DNA of 64,000 nucleotides from a virus (Duplodnaviria; Caudoviricetes): IMG/VR virus record IMGVR_UViG_3300028649_000004, positions 1 to 64,000 of that record; one strand, 5' to 3'. Shown piece by piece: positions 47,516 to 57,869 of this stretch (position 1 is its first letter; each line of letters starts with the position of its first letter). The notes under the pieces were generated by a model. It saw only the letters and a program-made list of their open reading frames with translations, ran no database searches and was not told where the DNA came from. The position numbers and the translations under genes were made by a program.

Positions 47516-49929
47516 TTATTCAAAATCCTCACCAAATTCTTTTTTGCAATCAAAAACATAATAACCTTCTTTTATTGCAAATTCATGTAAATCCTTCTTA
47601 ATTTCTTCTTCTGTATCCTTACAATAAATAGGTTCTATCATATCTTGATTAATATCATCTTTATTACATTCAGCCTTTTCCCAAGCTAATTCCTTAGCTT
47701 CTTCTATTGATTCAGCATCAACATATACCTCTACTCTAGCCATAACTGGAACACTTACTAAATATTTTCTTTTCATATAATTACTCCCTTGTATTTTAAA
47801 AATAATATTATCAACATTATACAATAGATTTCACTTATTCTTCAATAAAGAATACTGCTTCAGCTTTATTTAGTAATATAGCAATAGCGAATTTTAGTCT
47901 TACTAATAATGGTTTCTTGAATGGTTTCTTTATATATTTTTTACCATTGATTTCAACTTTATCTCTATATACTAAGCAATCAGCTTGATACATTCCATTA
48001 TTCCAAAATGTAAGCATAATTATACCTCCTTTAACAATTTATATAGAAATTATCTAAATCAAACTTATGTCTTACATTGTGATATTTTAAAACTACTGTC
48101 ATTTTGTTTTTAAATTTATTGAACTTATATTTTCTTATAATATACCTTTCTCCATTTATTAAGTCTAGTTTATGTAAGTCTTTACCAATGTAAATAACTT
48201 CTGATCCTTTGCTATCTAAATTAGGTTTTATATTTCTAAGCATTATTGTTATCTCCTTAAATTTGATAAACTAACTCAAATCTGTCATTAATATCTATAT
48301 TGACTTTTATTCCAATTCTTAAAAAATATCTTTCTAATTCACTTTTAACAAATTCAGCAGAATTAATTGTATAATTCTTTAAGTTTAATTCTTTTAATCT
48401 CATATCCTCTGATTGTTCTTTATTGAAAGTTAAATTTTTTAAAACTAATTTTAATATCTTAGTATTTTCATTTAATATATCAATACAAAAAACACTTGAT
48501 ATTCCTGTTTCAACTTCATTATAATAAGAATAACAATTTAATATAATAACTTTTATTTTATTCTTTTTAATTTCAGTAATTAATTGTCCTACATTTCCTT
48601 GTAATTGGCTGAATAAACTTTTATGGGCTAGTTTATTTCTTAATAAATAATCTTTATACATTTTATATCACTCCTTATTAATTTAGAATTATATACAATT
48701 AATATTAATCCTTATTTTGGTTCTACAAAATTTTCACCCAAATTACACATTAAATTATACCATTTAGGCATTTTTTCCATAGGTCTATCTTTTAATATAC
48801 GTGTAGTAATGAATAAAATCAACATAAAAGGCGATACTAATATTAACTTAAGTATATAAATTATCCATTGTTTTAAATTTAAATTAAACATCTAATTTCC
48901 TCCTTCCATAAAAATTCTTTTAAAATTCACCATTTAATAGAATATTCAACTCTATAAAGCTCCTATTTAAGCCATTCTTAACTCTTTAATTTATGCATTT
49001 CTAAATTCAAACTTAGCATATGATTTATCATTATTGAACTATCTATATATTTTACTTTTTCATAAGCTTCCTTAATTTCATTTAAAGTATAACCTGCAAG
49101 TATATTATCCTGCAATAAATCAAAAGAAATTTTATCTTTGTTAATTTTATAATATTCCTTTAATTCCTCACCACCAATCATTTCTAAAATATTTAATTTA
49201 TTATTATATTCTATATCTTTTTTTATAGCGTCACAAAGTTCATAGACATTATCATAAATCATTTTAAAACCCTCCTTATCCCCATTCTATATAGTAAAGT
49301 TTCTTTCTTACACGCCATCTTTAATAATATTTTTTGATACCACATTAATTTGAAACCTAAATAATCTTCGGCAAATTTTACTGGATTATTATACTGATTT
49401 CTAAACTTTAAAAATTCTTCTTTCCATATCTGAACCCTAATTTCTTCACAAATGTTTTTATATTTTTCTATAGCATAATAATAGGTACTTGATAATATAT
49501 TGTCTATCTTTTTGTAGAAATTCGATAATTCAAAGTATTCTTCATTCATAATTATCTCACTCCTTCAATTTTATTTAGCCTGTCTTTAAATTCTCTTTCT
49601 TTGTATTTTCTAATAGTTTCATTTAGCTTATGATTTTCTATTAAAGTCTTATTTAGTTCTTTTTTTATAGTATCCCTAGATTGTTTTACCATCATATGCT
49701 CATGTATTCCTATACTTTCAGCATATTCATTTTTTAAATTATGTATTTGATTCTCATATCCTTTGACTTTTGCTTTCAGCATTTGATAACAGAAATCATT
49801 TTTCTTTATATTTTTATCCTGTTCTTTAATTTTGTCTTGTATTAGTAAGCATAATCTGCTTTCATCTATATTTGATTTTATTCCTAGTATATTTGCTATT
49901 CGTTGTAATTCATTTATCATTTTAATCAA
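47516..49929 (-). CDS. Run of small hypothetical genes
   Basis: Co-oriented ORFs with RBSs. Confidence 0.6.
49259..49549 (-). CDS. Small protein resembling the extreme N-terminus of a terminase large subunit
   Basis: NPVKFAEDYLGFKLMWYQKILL (NPxxFxEDYLGxKL...Q motif). Confidence 0.55.
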   Translation of the reverse strand: MNEEYFELSNFYKKIDNILSSTYYYAIEKYKNICEEIRVQIWKEEFLKFRNQYNNPVKFAEDYLGFKLMWYQKILLKMACKKETLLYRMGIRRVLK

Positions 49930-50732
49930 TCCTCTTTCATTTTTATTTATCTTAATTTATTTTTATCTATAGACTAATCTCAAGATACCATTTAAAATAT
50001 CTTCAAATTAACCCATACGGGCTTTACCTTTTGTTCTTTATGTATTTTTATCCACCTCCTCTATTAACTAATTAATTTGAGTACTGTTGTTTTGTAATTC
50101 ATCCAATCTCTTTAACATATAGTCAATTTCATCTTGACTTAGAATGACATTAGAATAATTTTCTTCATCAATTTTTTCATTATCTAAAAACATATATTTC
50201 AATTTATTCTTTATATTATTTATAAACATTAAATCACCTCCTTTAATGGATTTTAATATAATTTATTGTAGATTTAACTTTTGACATAATCCATCTATCT
50301 GAGTAGTTAACATTCTGCCTCTTATAAATGGATTATGAACACCAATAGCTAATACAACAATACTTATTAACTCCTTTCTAAATTCTTGTCTTGTCACTCA
50401 TATCACCTCCCTTCAATGGTATATTTTACAAATGAAATATAATAAGGTATCCAACCGGAAACATTATTCCTACTATTAATACATTGTATATTATATACTC
50501 TTTTAAATCCGCTTTCATTGATTCATTCCTCCTTATGATTATTTTTAATTATATTAATTAATTTATTTTTATCTTATGTATGCCTTTTCTTTAATGTCAT
50601 TGATTAATTGTTCTTCCCATTCATCAGATCTACCTGCAACCTTACAAGCTGATAAAACAACTAGTGTGTTTAAAGTTATTATAATTACTGATATTATTGT
50701 TAACATGTTTTTCACCTCTCTTTTCTATAAAT

Positions 50733-51347
50733 TTATTTACGCCCTATTAATTCAATATAATTATTGTCTTCGTTTATTTTATAATCTTCATACATATTTG
50801 ATATTTTATATATTATATGACTCTTTTGTTTATTATCTCTAAATTTCATTTTTATTGTAATTCCTTTTTCTTTTGGTAGTTTGCTTGATGTACAATACAT
50901 ACCATTTTCATCTATATTTGCTTTATTTAAATTTTTACAATTTATTTTATCTATAAGATTATCTACTTTTTGAACAACGTTATTATCCACTTTTAGTATT
51001 CTTATTTGATAAGAATTCATCCCTTTTTTAATTTGATTTTTTAATCTTTTATTTTCTGAACTTATTTTTTCTTTTTCAATCTGAATATTATTTATTTGGT
51101 CAATAAGTGGTTTCATTGTAACCAATTCATTTTTAGTTCTTCTTCTTTATTGTCTAATTTTTTGCAATCCTTTTGTTAATTCCCAACCCCTATATAAATC
51201 AAACTTGTCCAAATTCTCTATCTTATGTAGTAAATCTAATTGAGCATCATCTAATGCTTTTAAATCAACCTTTAGTTTATTATAATATTTTTTAGATTCT
51301 GTTATTTTATTATTGATATTGTCTGCAAAATCAGTAGCCATACACAT
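50733..51347 (-). pseudogene. Coiled-coil phage gene split by one in-frame TAA at 51147-51149
   Basis: Reads KIRQ*RRRTKNELVTMKP; the two ORFs are in frame, 21 nt apart. Confidence 0.75.
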
Positions 51348-51469
51348 TTTATCATTTCCTTTCTTTTATTATTTGTTTTAATTTATTATTATAATAAAAG
51401 TATAATCCTACCAAATCTAAAAGTCAATAGATATATAATAATTATTTTTGTTAATTTGTTTATTATGTA

Positions 51470-52432
51470 TTAGTCCGTTATTTCTACTATGTAATTAACC
51501 ATTGCTATATACAATGGCTTTGGAATTTGATTTTTATATTGTTCTGCAACTTCTTTTATGTAGGCTTCTTTATGTATCTTATATGCAGTAAAAGCTTCTT
51601 CAACATTACTATAATGACTTCCAATTTCAACCCTTGTCCATTTTCCATTTATAACTTTACTCATTCTAGCATATATAACATTATCATATATACTTACACC
51701 AATTGGAGTATTTCCTCTTCTTGATACCCCTCTAACAAATAATTTATTAATCTTTTCAGGTACAAAAATACAATTATCAGGACTATATATTTTGTTCCAT
51801 TTATGTAATATGTCTTTATCTATACACATCTTTTCATTATCTACTTTATAATAATTTTTATTGAACCATTTTTTAAAGTTCTGAAAATTATGCCATTCTT
51901 CACAAACTGTACAACCTTTATATGACGTATTTTTTGAATAACTTTCATTATTATAACATCTATCTAATATATGATGCCATCTACCATATTCAACATCATT
52001 ATTTATACCTGTTTGTTTTTCTTGACCAAGATACCCTATACCAAATATCTTTTTGTCATATGGGGAACTTGATCTTCCTTCTTTGAAATCTTTATAACTA
52101 CAAATTTTTATGTATTTATGTACGTTATCATCAAATTCAATCAATACCTTTTGCGAATTTGTATATTCAATTATTGTCATTTTTGTACCATTATTATTAA
52201 AATTTATTTCACCAACTCTATATGTAAAATCAATTTTATTTTTTTGAATAATTTTTATATTTCTATTTCTTATAAGAGCTTGTTCAAACCAACTATAATT
52301 TTTGTTATAAGCTATGTGTCCATCTTCAGATTCAACATCTATGTCTCTAGAGTTTCTATACTCTTTTATCCACATTTTTAATCCTTGATTATTATATTTT
52401 ATTTCTCCTGTTCTATCAATTTTACGACTCAT
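51470..52432 (-). CDS. HNH-like/AP2-type phage endonuclease
   Basis: WHHILDRCY, YKGCTVCEEWHNFQNF, IDKDIL, YSPDNCIFVP, PIGV, EEAFTAY. Confidence 0.75.
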   Translation of the reverse strand: MSRKIDRTGEIKYNNQGLKMWIKEYRNSRDIDVESEDGHIAYNKNYSWFEQALIRNRNIKIIQKNKIDFTYRVGEINFNNNGTKMTIIEYTNSQKVLIEFDDNVHKYIKICSYKDFKEGRSSSPYDKKIFGIGYLGQEKQTGINNDVEYGRWHHILDRCYNNESYSKNTSYKGCTVCEEWHNFQNFKKWFNKNYYKVDNEKMCIDKDILHKWNKIYSPDNCIFVPEKINKLFVRGVSRRGNTPIGVSIYDNVIYARMSKVINGKWTRVEIGSHYSNVEEAFTAYKIHKEAYIKEVAEQYKNQIPKPLYIAMVNYIVEITD

Positions 52433-52467
52433 TTTCTCTCCTCTGTATTAATTTATTTTTTAATATT

Positions 52468-52507
52468 ATAAGAAAGTAATCAAGATTTCTCTCAATTACT
52501 TTCTTAT
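52468..52507 (-). terminator. Long hairpin directly after the peptide gene (terminator or stabiliser)
   Basis: ATAAGAAAGTAATTGAGA-GAAA-TCTTGATTACTTTCTTAT on the minus strand, 18-bp stem including two G-U pairs. Confidence 0.75.
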
Positions 52508-52533
52508 GTAGGATAACTATTAATTAATAATTA

Positions 52534-52641
52534 TTATCCACGTCCTGAACCAGTTGTTGCAAACGCTACAACTGTCATTACAACAGTTGATATTGTTACG
52601 ATTGCAGTTATAATTAGTGCTTTAAATCTTGCTTTTGTCAT
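52534..52641 (-). CDS. Secreted signalling pro-peptide, AimP/Phr-like, 35 aa: MTKARFKALIITAIVTISTVVMTVVAFATTGSGRG
   Basis: Strong AAAAGGAGGTG RBS; basic N-region, hydrophobic core, AFA signal-peptidase motif, tail TTGSGRG; double TAA stop. Confidence 0.85.
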   Translation of the reverse strand: MTKARFKALIITAIVTISTVVMTVVAFATTGSGRG

Positions 52642-52737
52642 TTGTATTTCACCTCCTTTTGTAGTTGCTATTAACATAAGATATACTCATGCTAAATCGC
52701 AAATACAAAAGGATTTTTAAAAATGTAATTTATGATT

Positions 52738-53385
52738 TTATATAATTTGTTTGAGTTGATTTTTAATTAATAACAATACGTCATTATAAAGAGAAATATC
52801 TACTTTTTCTATATCCTTAATAAAACTCTCTAATGTGTCATTATATTCAGTGGTATTGTTATGTAATAGTATGTCTTCTACCACCAAGAAGACAACCTTA
52901 AAATTTCCTTTTAATATATTAATATTAAATTCTGATATTAATTTTTCCATATATTTATCTTTATGTGCATAATCATAATCTTTGTAAGTATCATAACAAA
53001 ATTGGTGTATTTTAATTAATTCTTCATTAGTTATTTCATCTTTATAGCATACAGCATAATTATTTAATGCTTTGCAGTATCTCTCTTTATTAATTTGATT
53101 ATTTGTATAATTAGGGTGAGTATCTAGCATATCTTTTAGTGCTTTCGCATAAGGTTTTGCTTCACTCATATCTGATATATTTTTTTCTTTTAATATTTGC
53201 ATTATAATCGTGGTCAAGTTGTGTAATATTAATCTTCTGCATTCTATACTTTTAAATTTATTACCAATTTGAAAAAACATTTTTCTTAGTATTTCTTTTG
53301 CCTTATCCTTTGAAACAAAATCCCATATATAATATAACTTCTCCATTTCTTCTAATAACATTTCCTCTTCACTCATTTTTAACAC
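52738..53385 (-). CDS. All-helical TPR-like protein, candidate RRNPP-type peptide receptor without HTH
   Basis: LILHNLTTI and YCKALNNYAVCY resemble Asn-bearing TPR helices; directly upstream of the pro-peptide. Confidence 0.6.
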   Translation of the reverse strand: MLKMSEEEMLLEEMEKLYYIWDFVSKDKAKEILRKMFFQIGNKFKSIECRRLILHNLTTIIMQILKEKNISDMSEAKPYAKALKDMLDTHPNYTNNQINKERYCKALNNYAVCYKDEITNEELIKIHQFCYDTYKDYDYAHKDKYMEKLISEFNINILKGNFKVVFLVVEDILLHNNTTEYNDTLESFIKDIEKVDISLYNDVLLLIKNQLKQII

Positions 53386-53394
53386 CCCATTCTA

Positions 53395-54150
53395 TTATCC
53401 TATAGATATTTTTCTCTCCCTTGTATATTCCACATAGTAATCTTTATAATTTATTCCATTATCTTTGCATATTCTTTCTAAATGGTCTAATAACATTGAC
53501 CTCTCAGATAATAAGTGATTTAAATTATTTGTTTTTGACCTTCCAAGTACTTTTTCATAGCTGTATATAAATTGTAATGTTTCATTTATATCATCTTGTA
53601 CATATTTAGGTAATTTTTCTAATGGACTTTTTTCTTGTAATATACCCCTTTGAATATTTCTAGCCTTTTCAACTTTCTTTAATACCAACTCATCTACAGT
53701 TCCAATGTATGTAAGCAGTTGATATCTTACATCTATTGGCGTATCTTGTTCTATCAGTATTACCGATTGCTCCTTTAATCCAAATCCTTCTACAGTAACG
53801 TGTACTGGAATATTACTTGCTTTTGCCATATTTGAAGTTAATGGATACACATTTATTATATTTGAAAACCTATTGTTTATATCATTAGAATCTACTAATG
53901 CCGGGCGTACCCCACTTTGTAGAGATCCTCTCCTTTGTCCAAAATCTACATACCAAAGTTGACCTTTCTTTACTTGTTTCTTTTCTTCTTTATTATTATA
54001 ATTTGTTTTATCTATAGTAATTTTTTTATTAATATTATTACTATATACAATTTCTTTTGCTTCAATTGATTTGCTATCTTTAATTTCCTCTTTATCCATT
54101 TTTGTCTTTATTGCCATTAGTTGCTCTTGAAAATTATTCATTACAACCAC
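53395..54150 (-). CDS. MazF/PemK-family endoribonuclease with N- and C-terminal extensions
   Basis: VKKGQLWYVDFG...GSLQSGVRPALVDSNDINN...VYPLTS...PVHV...GLKEQSVILIEQ. Confidence 0.9.
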   Translation of the reverse strand: MVVMNNFQEQLMAIKTKMDKEEIKDSKSIEAKEIVYSNNINKKITIDKTNYNNKEEKKQVKKGQLWYVDFGQRRGSLQSGVRPALVDSNDINNRFSNIINVYPLTSNMAKASNIPVHVTVEGFGLKEQSVILIEQDTPIDVRYQLLTYIGTVDELVLKKVEKARNIQRGILQEKSPLEKLPKYVQDDINETLQFIYSYEKVLGRSKTNNLNHLLSERSMLLDHLERICKDNGINYKDYYVEYTRERKISIG

Positions 54151-54238
54151 CTTCCTTTAATTAATCCTTCTTAAATTCCAATTAAAATTACTTTTTTATC
54201 ATTTTCTATTTCTCTTAATTTGTTTAACCTATGTACTC

Positions 54239-54459
54239 AGTTTAACTCTAATTCCATATGTTGTCAATACTTTTTTGTAAATTATTTATAATTTATTTTC
54301 ACTATTTCTTTTTAATTAATTTGTTTCATTTCTATACTCTTATATTACTACTATCTTCCAAACCTGTCAATACTTTATTTGAAATATCTTTATGTTTCTT
54401 TTAATTTATTGATTCCCTGTCCATAAATACATATTACACCCTACAGAAAATAATGTCAA
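54239..54459 (-). promoter_or_regulatory. Three tandem SigA promoters
   Basis: TTGACA-17-TAAACT (54267-54239), TTGACA-17-TAATAT (54370-54342), TTGACA-17-TAATAT (54459-54431). Confidence 0.85.
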
Positions 54460-54577
54460 CACTTTTTTCAAAATATTTATCATTATTCTATTAATTCATT
54501 TTAATATGTTCAAAATCTCAATAAATAAGCCATTATTTGAATAAAAAAGAAAAAGGCTGGAATAATAATTTTCCAAC

Positions 54578-55729
54578 CTAATCTATATTAATTCCTATTG
54601 ACTCACAAATCTCATTAACTACATCATGAGCAATTGGATCAATCATATTTACTTCTAATATCTTCATTCTATCTCTACCATACCCTGATGGAATATCTAC
54701 AATCTTATCTTTTGTTAAACTTTCATATTTCCATTGTAGTGGATATTTTGTAGATGATACCTCTTTTATATTATCTAATACTTTTATGATATTATCTATA
54801 TCATAAATCGATATTTTCCTATGTTTTCTTATTTGTAACAATAATTCTATTTGTCTTGTGAATAGCAAATTATTAAAAGAGATTCTACTAACATCTTCCC
54901 AATCCTCAACAGTTTTTCTTCCATTTTCATTTAATGCTTTGAAAGCATTATAAACTCTACTATTGGTAGTATTATAATTTACTATAGATCTGGTGTCTAA
55001 TACATATACATCTGACTCAAATAATTTTTTCTTAGATTCTTCTTCAGTAACATCATCTAATTTAGCTAAAAAATCAATAAATCTATCATCTACTGGAATT
55101 AATGTTATAAATTCATTATTTTCATTATAAATATTAACAAATTTATTTTCTACATTAATATCCTTGTATTTCAATTGTCTCATATAAATTGCTTGCTTTC
55201 CTAATATACCATATCTTGCTAATAATAAAGGCTTAATATTTGCTGACTTTGTAACTTCTTTCATTTGTTCTAATAAATCATAAAATTCATCCATGTCATA
55301 TAGTTTTGTTTCTAATAATCTTTTGCTTGGTTTTAAACCTTTTAAAGACTTTTCTCCAGCTAAAGGATTAACAGTTATATAGCCTTTTTCTACCCAATAA
55401 CCGAAGTATCCATTGACAAAAGCTTTGATAGTTCCTACTGTTGTAGGCATAGCATAAATAAAGCTCCTCATCATAGATACAACTTCTTCTCTCTTAAAAT
55501 CCTTCAAATCTTTCTTTTTTGCTACTTCATAATCATGAATATTATTATTATAAACACTCCATAAAGGTTTCTTAGTGGTATCTTCTTCATAAGTATTATT
55601 TAACCATGTGATTTTATCTAATTGAAATTCATCATAATTAGATAAAATTTCTTGTTTCTTAACTTCTGTTTCTTCTTGAGTTTCTTTTAAATATTTTTGA
55701 CCTATAAATTCTAATTCTTCATTAAGCAA
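54578..55729 (-). CDS. Degenerate tyrosine-recombinase-fold protein, candidate master repressor (SPbeta YopR/MrpR/SroF-like)
   Basis: Core-binding-like N-half (KDLKDF...PTTVGTIKAFV..YF..W...VNPL); no HxxR or LGH motif; overlaps the DGQHR gene. Confidence 0.65.
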   Translation of the reverse strand: MLNEELEFIGQKYLKETQEETEVKKQEILSNYDEFQLDKITWLNNTYEEDTTKKPLWSVYNNNIHDYEVAKKKDLKDFKREEVVSMMRSFIYAMPTTVGTIKAFVNGYFGYWVEKGYITVNPLAGEKSLKGLKPSKRLLETKLYDMDEFYDLLEQMKEVTKSANIKPLLLARYGILGKQAIYMRQLKYKDINVENKFVNIYNENNEFITLIPVDDRFIDFLAKLDDVTEEESKKKLFESDVYVLDTRSIVNYNTTNSRVYNAFKALNENGRKTVEDWEDVSRISFNNLLFTRQIELLLQIRKHRKISIYDIDNIIKVLDNIKEVSSTKYPLQWKYESLTKDKIVDIPSGYGRDRMKILEVNMIDPIAHDVVNEICESIGINID

Positions 55730-57134
55730 CCTTTAACACCTCCATTGTGAAATTTACAAAGTATCCATAAATTTCTTTGTAATTACAACTATTCGGACTG
55801 CGATTTATTTTTAATTTTTCCAATTGTACTTTAGGGATAGTATATAAGCTATCAATTACTTCATCTATTCTATTATTATCTTTTGTAATTCTCATTGTAT
55901 TAGCTATAGCTAAATATCCAACAAACATATTACAACCTAATAATAGACTATTATTTTTCATTTCATCTAAATTATCATTGAAATATTTAAATTTTAATGA
56001 TTCAATCAATTCATCAATAGTAGAACCTAATTTCTTAGCAATATCTCTAGCACTTCCTTTTTTCTCAACTTGAATTTCTGTTAATTTTAAAGCGTCTAAC
56101 AATATTGTTTTATATGTTAATGTTTTATTCATAGTTTGTTCTTCAAAATTTATTGCTATTTCACCCTTTAATATTTTAGAATTATCTTCTACTAATTTCA
56201 AGAAATCTACATCGTCACCTTGTCTAAAACCTTTGATAAATTCTTTGTTAGTATCACTTCTTTCAAAAATTTGCCTAACAATTTCTTGGGCTTCTGATAA
56301 TGTTCTCATTACAATTCTAATATCCAATCCACCTTCTAGAATAGCACCATTATTTTTATCTTTATATTGAGCTACGGCTTGTTGAATAGCAACTAATCTA
56401 TGAAAACCATCTAATACTTCAGCAACCGTAAAATCCTCACTGTCTATATCATATAATGGTTCAATAGACAATGTTCCAATGTCAGGAAGTTTTTTTTCGT
56501 CAATTGGTTGGAAAACATATTTGGGATTAAAATACTCATCTTCTTCTGGAAGTCGTACATTTATGATTATTTGTGTGCTTTCTAATTTCCCATCTAATAT
56601 TAATTGCAACATAGCATTAACATTTTTTTGTTTTATATCAATAGTTCGAATTGATGCGTTCTTAGTTCCATAAGATTTTGTTTTAAATGCTCTTTGCGAC
56701 AACTTATTATATCTAAATAATACATTTTCCATATATTCAGATGCCTGTTCATAGCTAATTCTTCCTATATAATTATAATCATCTATTTTTTGCAATTTGT
56801 GAAGTTCTATTTCCTTTACCTGTTGTCTTATATTTTTATAACTTTTATAATCTCCTCTTTCTTCTATTTTATAATATTTTTCAAAATTTAACTTTTCTAA
56901 TTTCAAAATATCATAAGAAGCTTTTGTAATTGCCATTTTTTCTTCTTTGGATAATTTATCTACTGTTAAAGTTCCATCTTGAAATAATGCAGATGTTATA
57001 TTAGAGTTTATATTTTTTTCTGCTAATTCGAAATTAATAGCTTTTATCAATTCCTTGTTATTAAATTCTTTAACTATAACCTTTTTTAATTCCTTATCTA
57101 AATTTTCTTCACTATATATATGGATATCACCCAT
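55722..57134 (-). CDS. DGQHR/DndB-like (ParB-superfamily) protein, SPbeta YopQ/SroE-like
   Basis: SQR motif and EVLDGFHRLVAI; gene order with integrase-fold gene. Confidence 0.7.
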   Translation of the reverse strand: MGDIHIYSEENLDKELKKVIVKEFNNKELIKAINFELAEKNINSNITSALFQDGTLTVDKLSKEEKMAITKASYDILKLEKLNFEKYYKIEERGDYKSYKNIRQQVKEIELHKLQKIDDYNYIGRISYEQASEYMENVLFRYNKLSQRAFKTKSYGTKNASIRTIDIKQKNVNAMLQLILDGKLESTQIIINVRLPEEDEYFNPKYVFQPIDEKKLPDIGTLSIEPLYDIDSEDFTVAEVLDGFHRLVAIQQAVAQYKDKNNGAILEGGLDIRIVMRTLSEAQEIVRQIFERSDTNKEFIKGFRQGDDVDFLKLVEDNSKILKGEIAINFEEQTMNKTLTYKTILLDALKLTEIQVEKKGSARDIAKKLGSTIDELIESLKFKYFNDNLDEMKNNSLLLGCNMFVGYLAIANTMRITKDNNRIDEVIDSLYTIPKVQLEKLKINRSPNSCNYKEIYGYFVNFTMEVLKVA

Positions 57135-57291
57135 TTAAAATCATCTCCTTAATTAATATTATTCATTATTTTATTTTCTATATTAAGTATTATATCATTT
57201 AAATAAATTAATTGCAATAACAATAATAATAAAATAATTACTAATTTCATTATTTTATTATTATTATATACTTTTAAATGAAGTTTGTCCA

Positions 57292-57576
57292 TCATTTAGC
57301 AATTCTTATAGTTCTATTATCATATTCTAATATTAGTTTATCTTTTATGTATTCACATTTTTTAAATTTTGGATTTTCTGCTTCTATATCCATAACACTA
57401 ATATTAATTTCTTTCCAAAAGTCTTTAGCATTGCATATTATATTTGTTTTATTTTCAGTTATAACTAATTTTTTATCATTTTGTTTAGCCATAAAAATAT
57501 ATGCCTGTAAGTTGTCTTCATACCATTTTCTTATTTGTTTATCGGTTACTTTATTTTTTTCTACTCTCATTTCCAT
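57292..57576 (-). CDS. Hypothetical protein
   Basis: ORF with GGGAG RBS. Confidence 0.55.
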   Translation of the reverse strand: MEMRVEKNKVTDKQIRKWYEDNLQAYIFMAKQNDKKLVITENKTNIICNAKDFWKEINISVMDIEAENPKFKKCEYIKDKLILEYDNRTIRIAK

Positions 57577-57869
57577 CGTTAATCTCTCCCTTTATTTTTA
57601 ATATTTATTTTATAAACAAATTAATGTGATTACTTGTCTACATTTTTATTTTATAACAAATTAATATAAATAGCAATACATTATTTATTTAAATTTCCAT
57701 ATTTTTTAATGCAAACTTTTGTTTTATTATGAATTGTAATTTTATACTATTAATACTAAAATCGGATAACTTTGATACTAATTTCGGACTGTTGTTGTAA
57801 AACACATTGTTAATAATAACCAAAGAATATATAATTAAAGCTTGTATGAAAGGAGTTGACGTTTGATAC

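Noticed and set aside
50570-50706. Second signalling peptide (MLTISVIIITLNTLVVLSACKVAGRSDEW...)
   Set aside because: No basic N-region, long charged tail and no adjacent receptor-like gene; more likely a small membrane protein
24595-51347. Stop-codon reassignment suggested by in-frame stops
   Set aside because: Three different stop codons are involved and all three terminate normal genes elsewhere in the window
53395-54150. Ordinary mazEF toxin-antitoxin pair
   Set aside because: No AbrB/RHH antitoxin ORF upstream; that gap holds only promoters and motifs
55722-57134. Phosphorothioate (dnd) system
   Set aside because: Only a DndB-like domain is present, with no dndACDE; context fits a YopQ-like phage regulator
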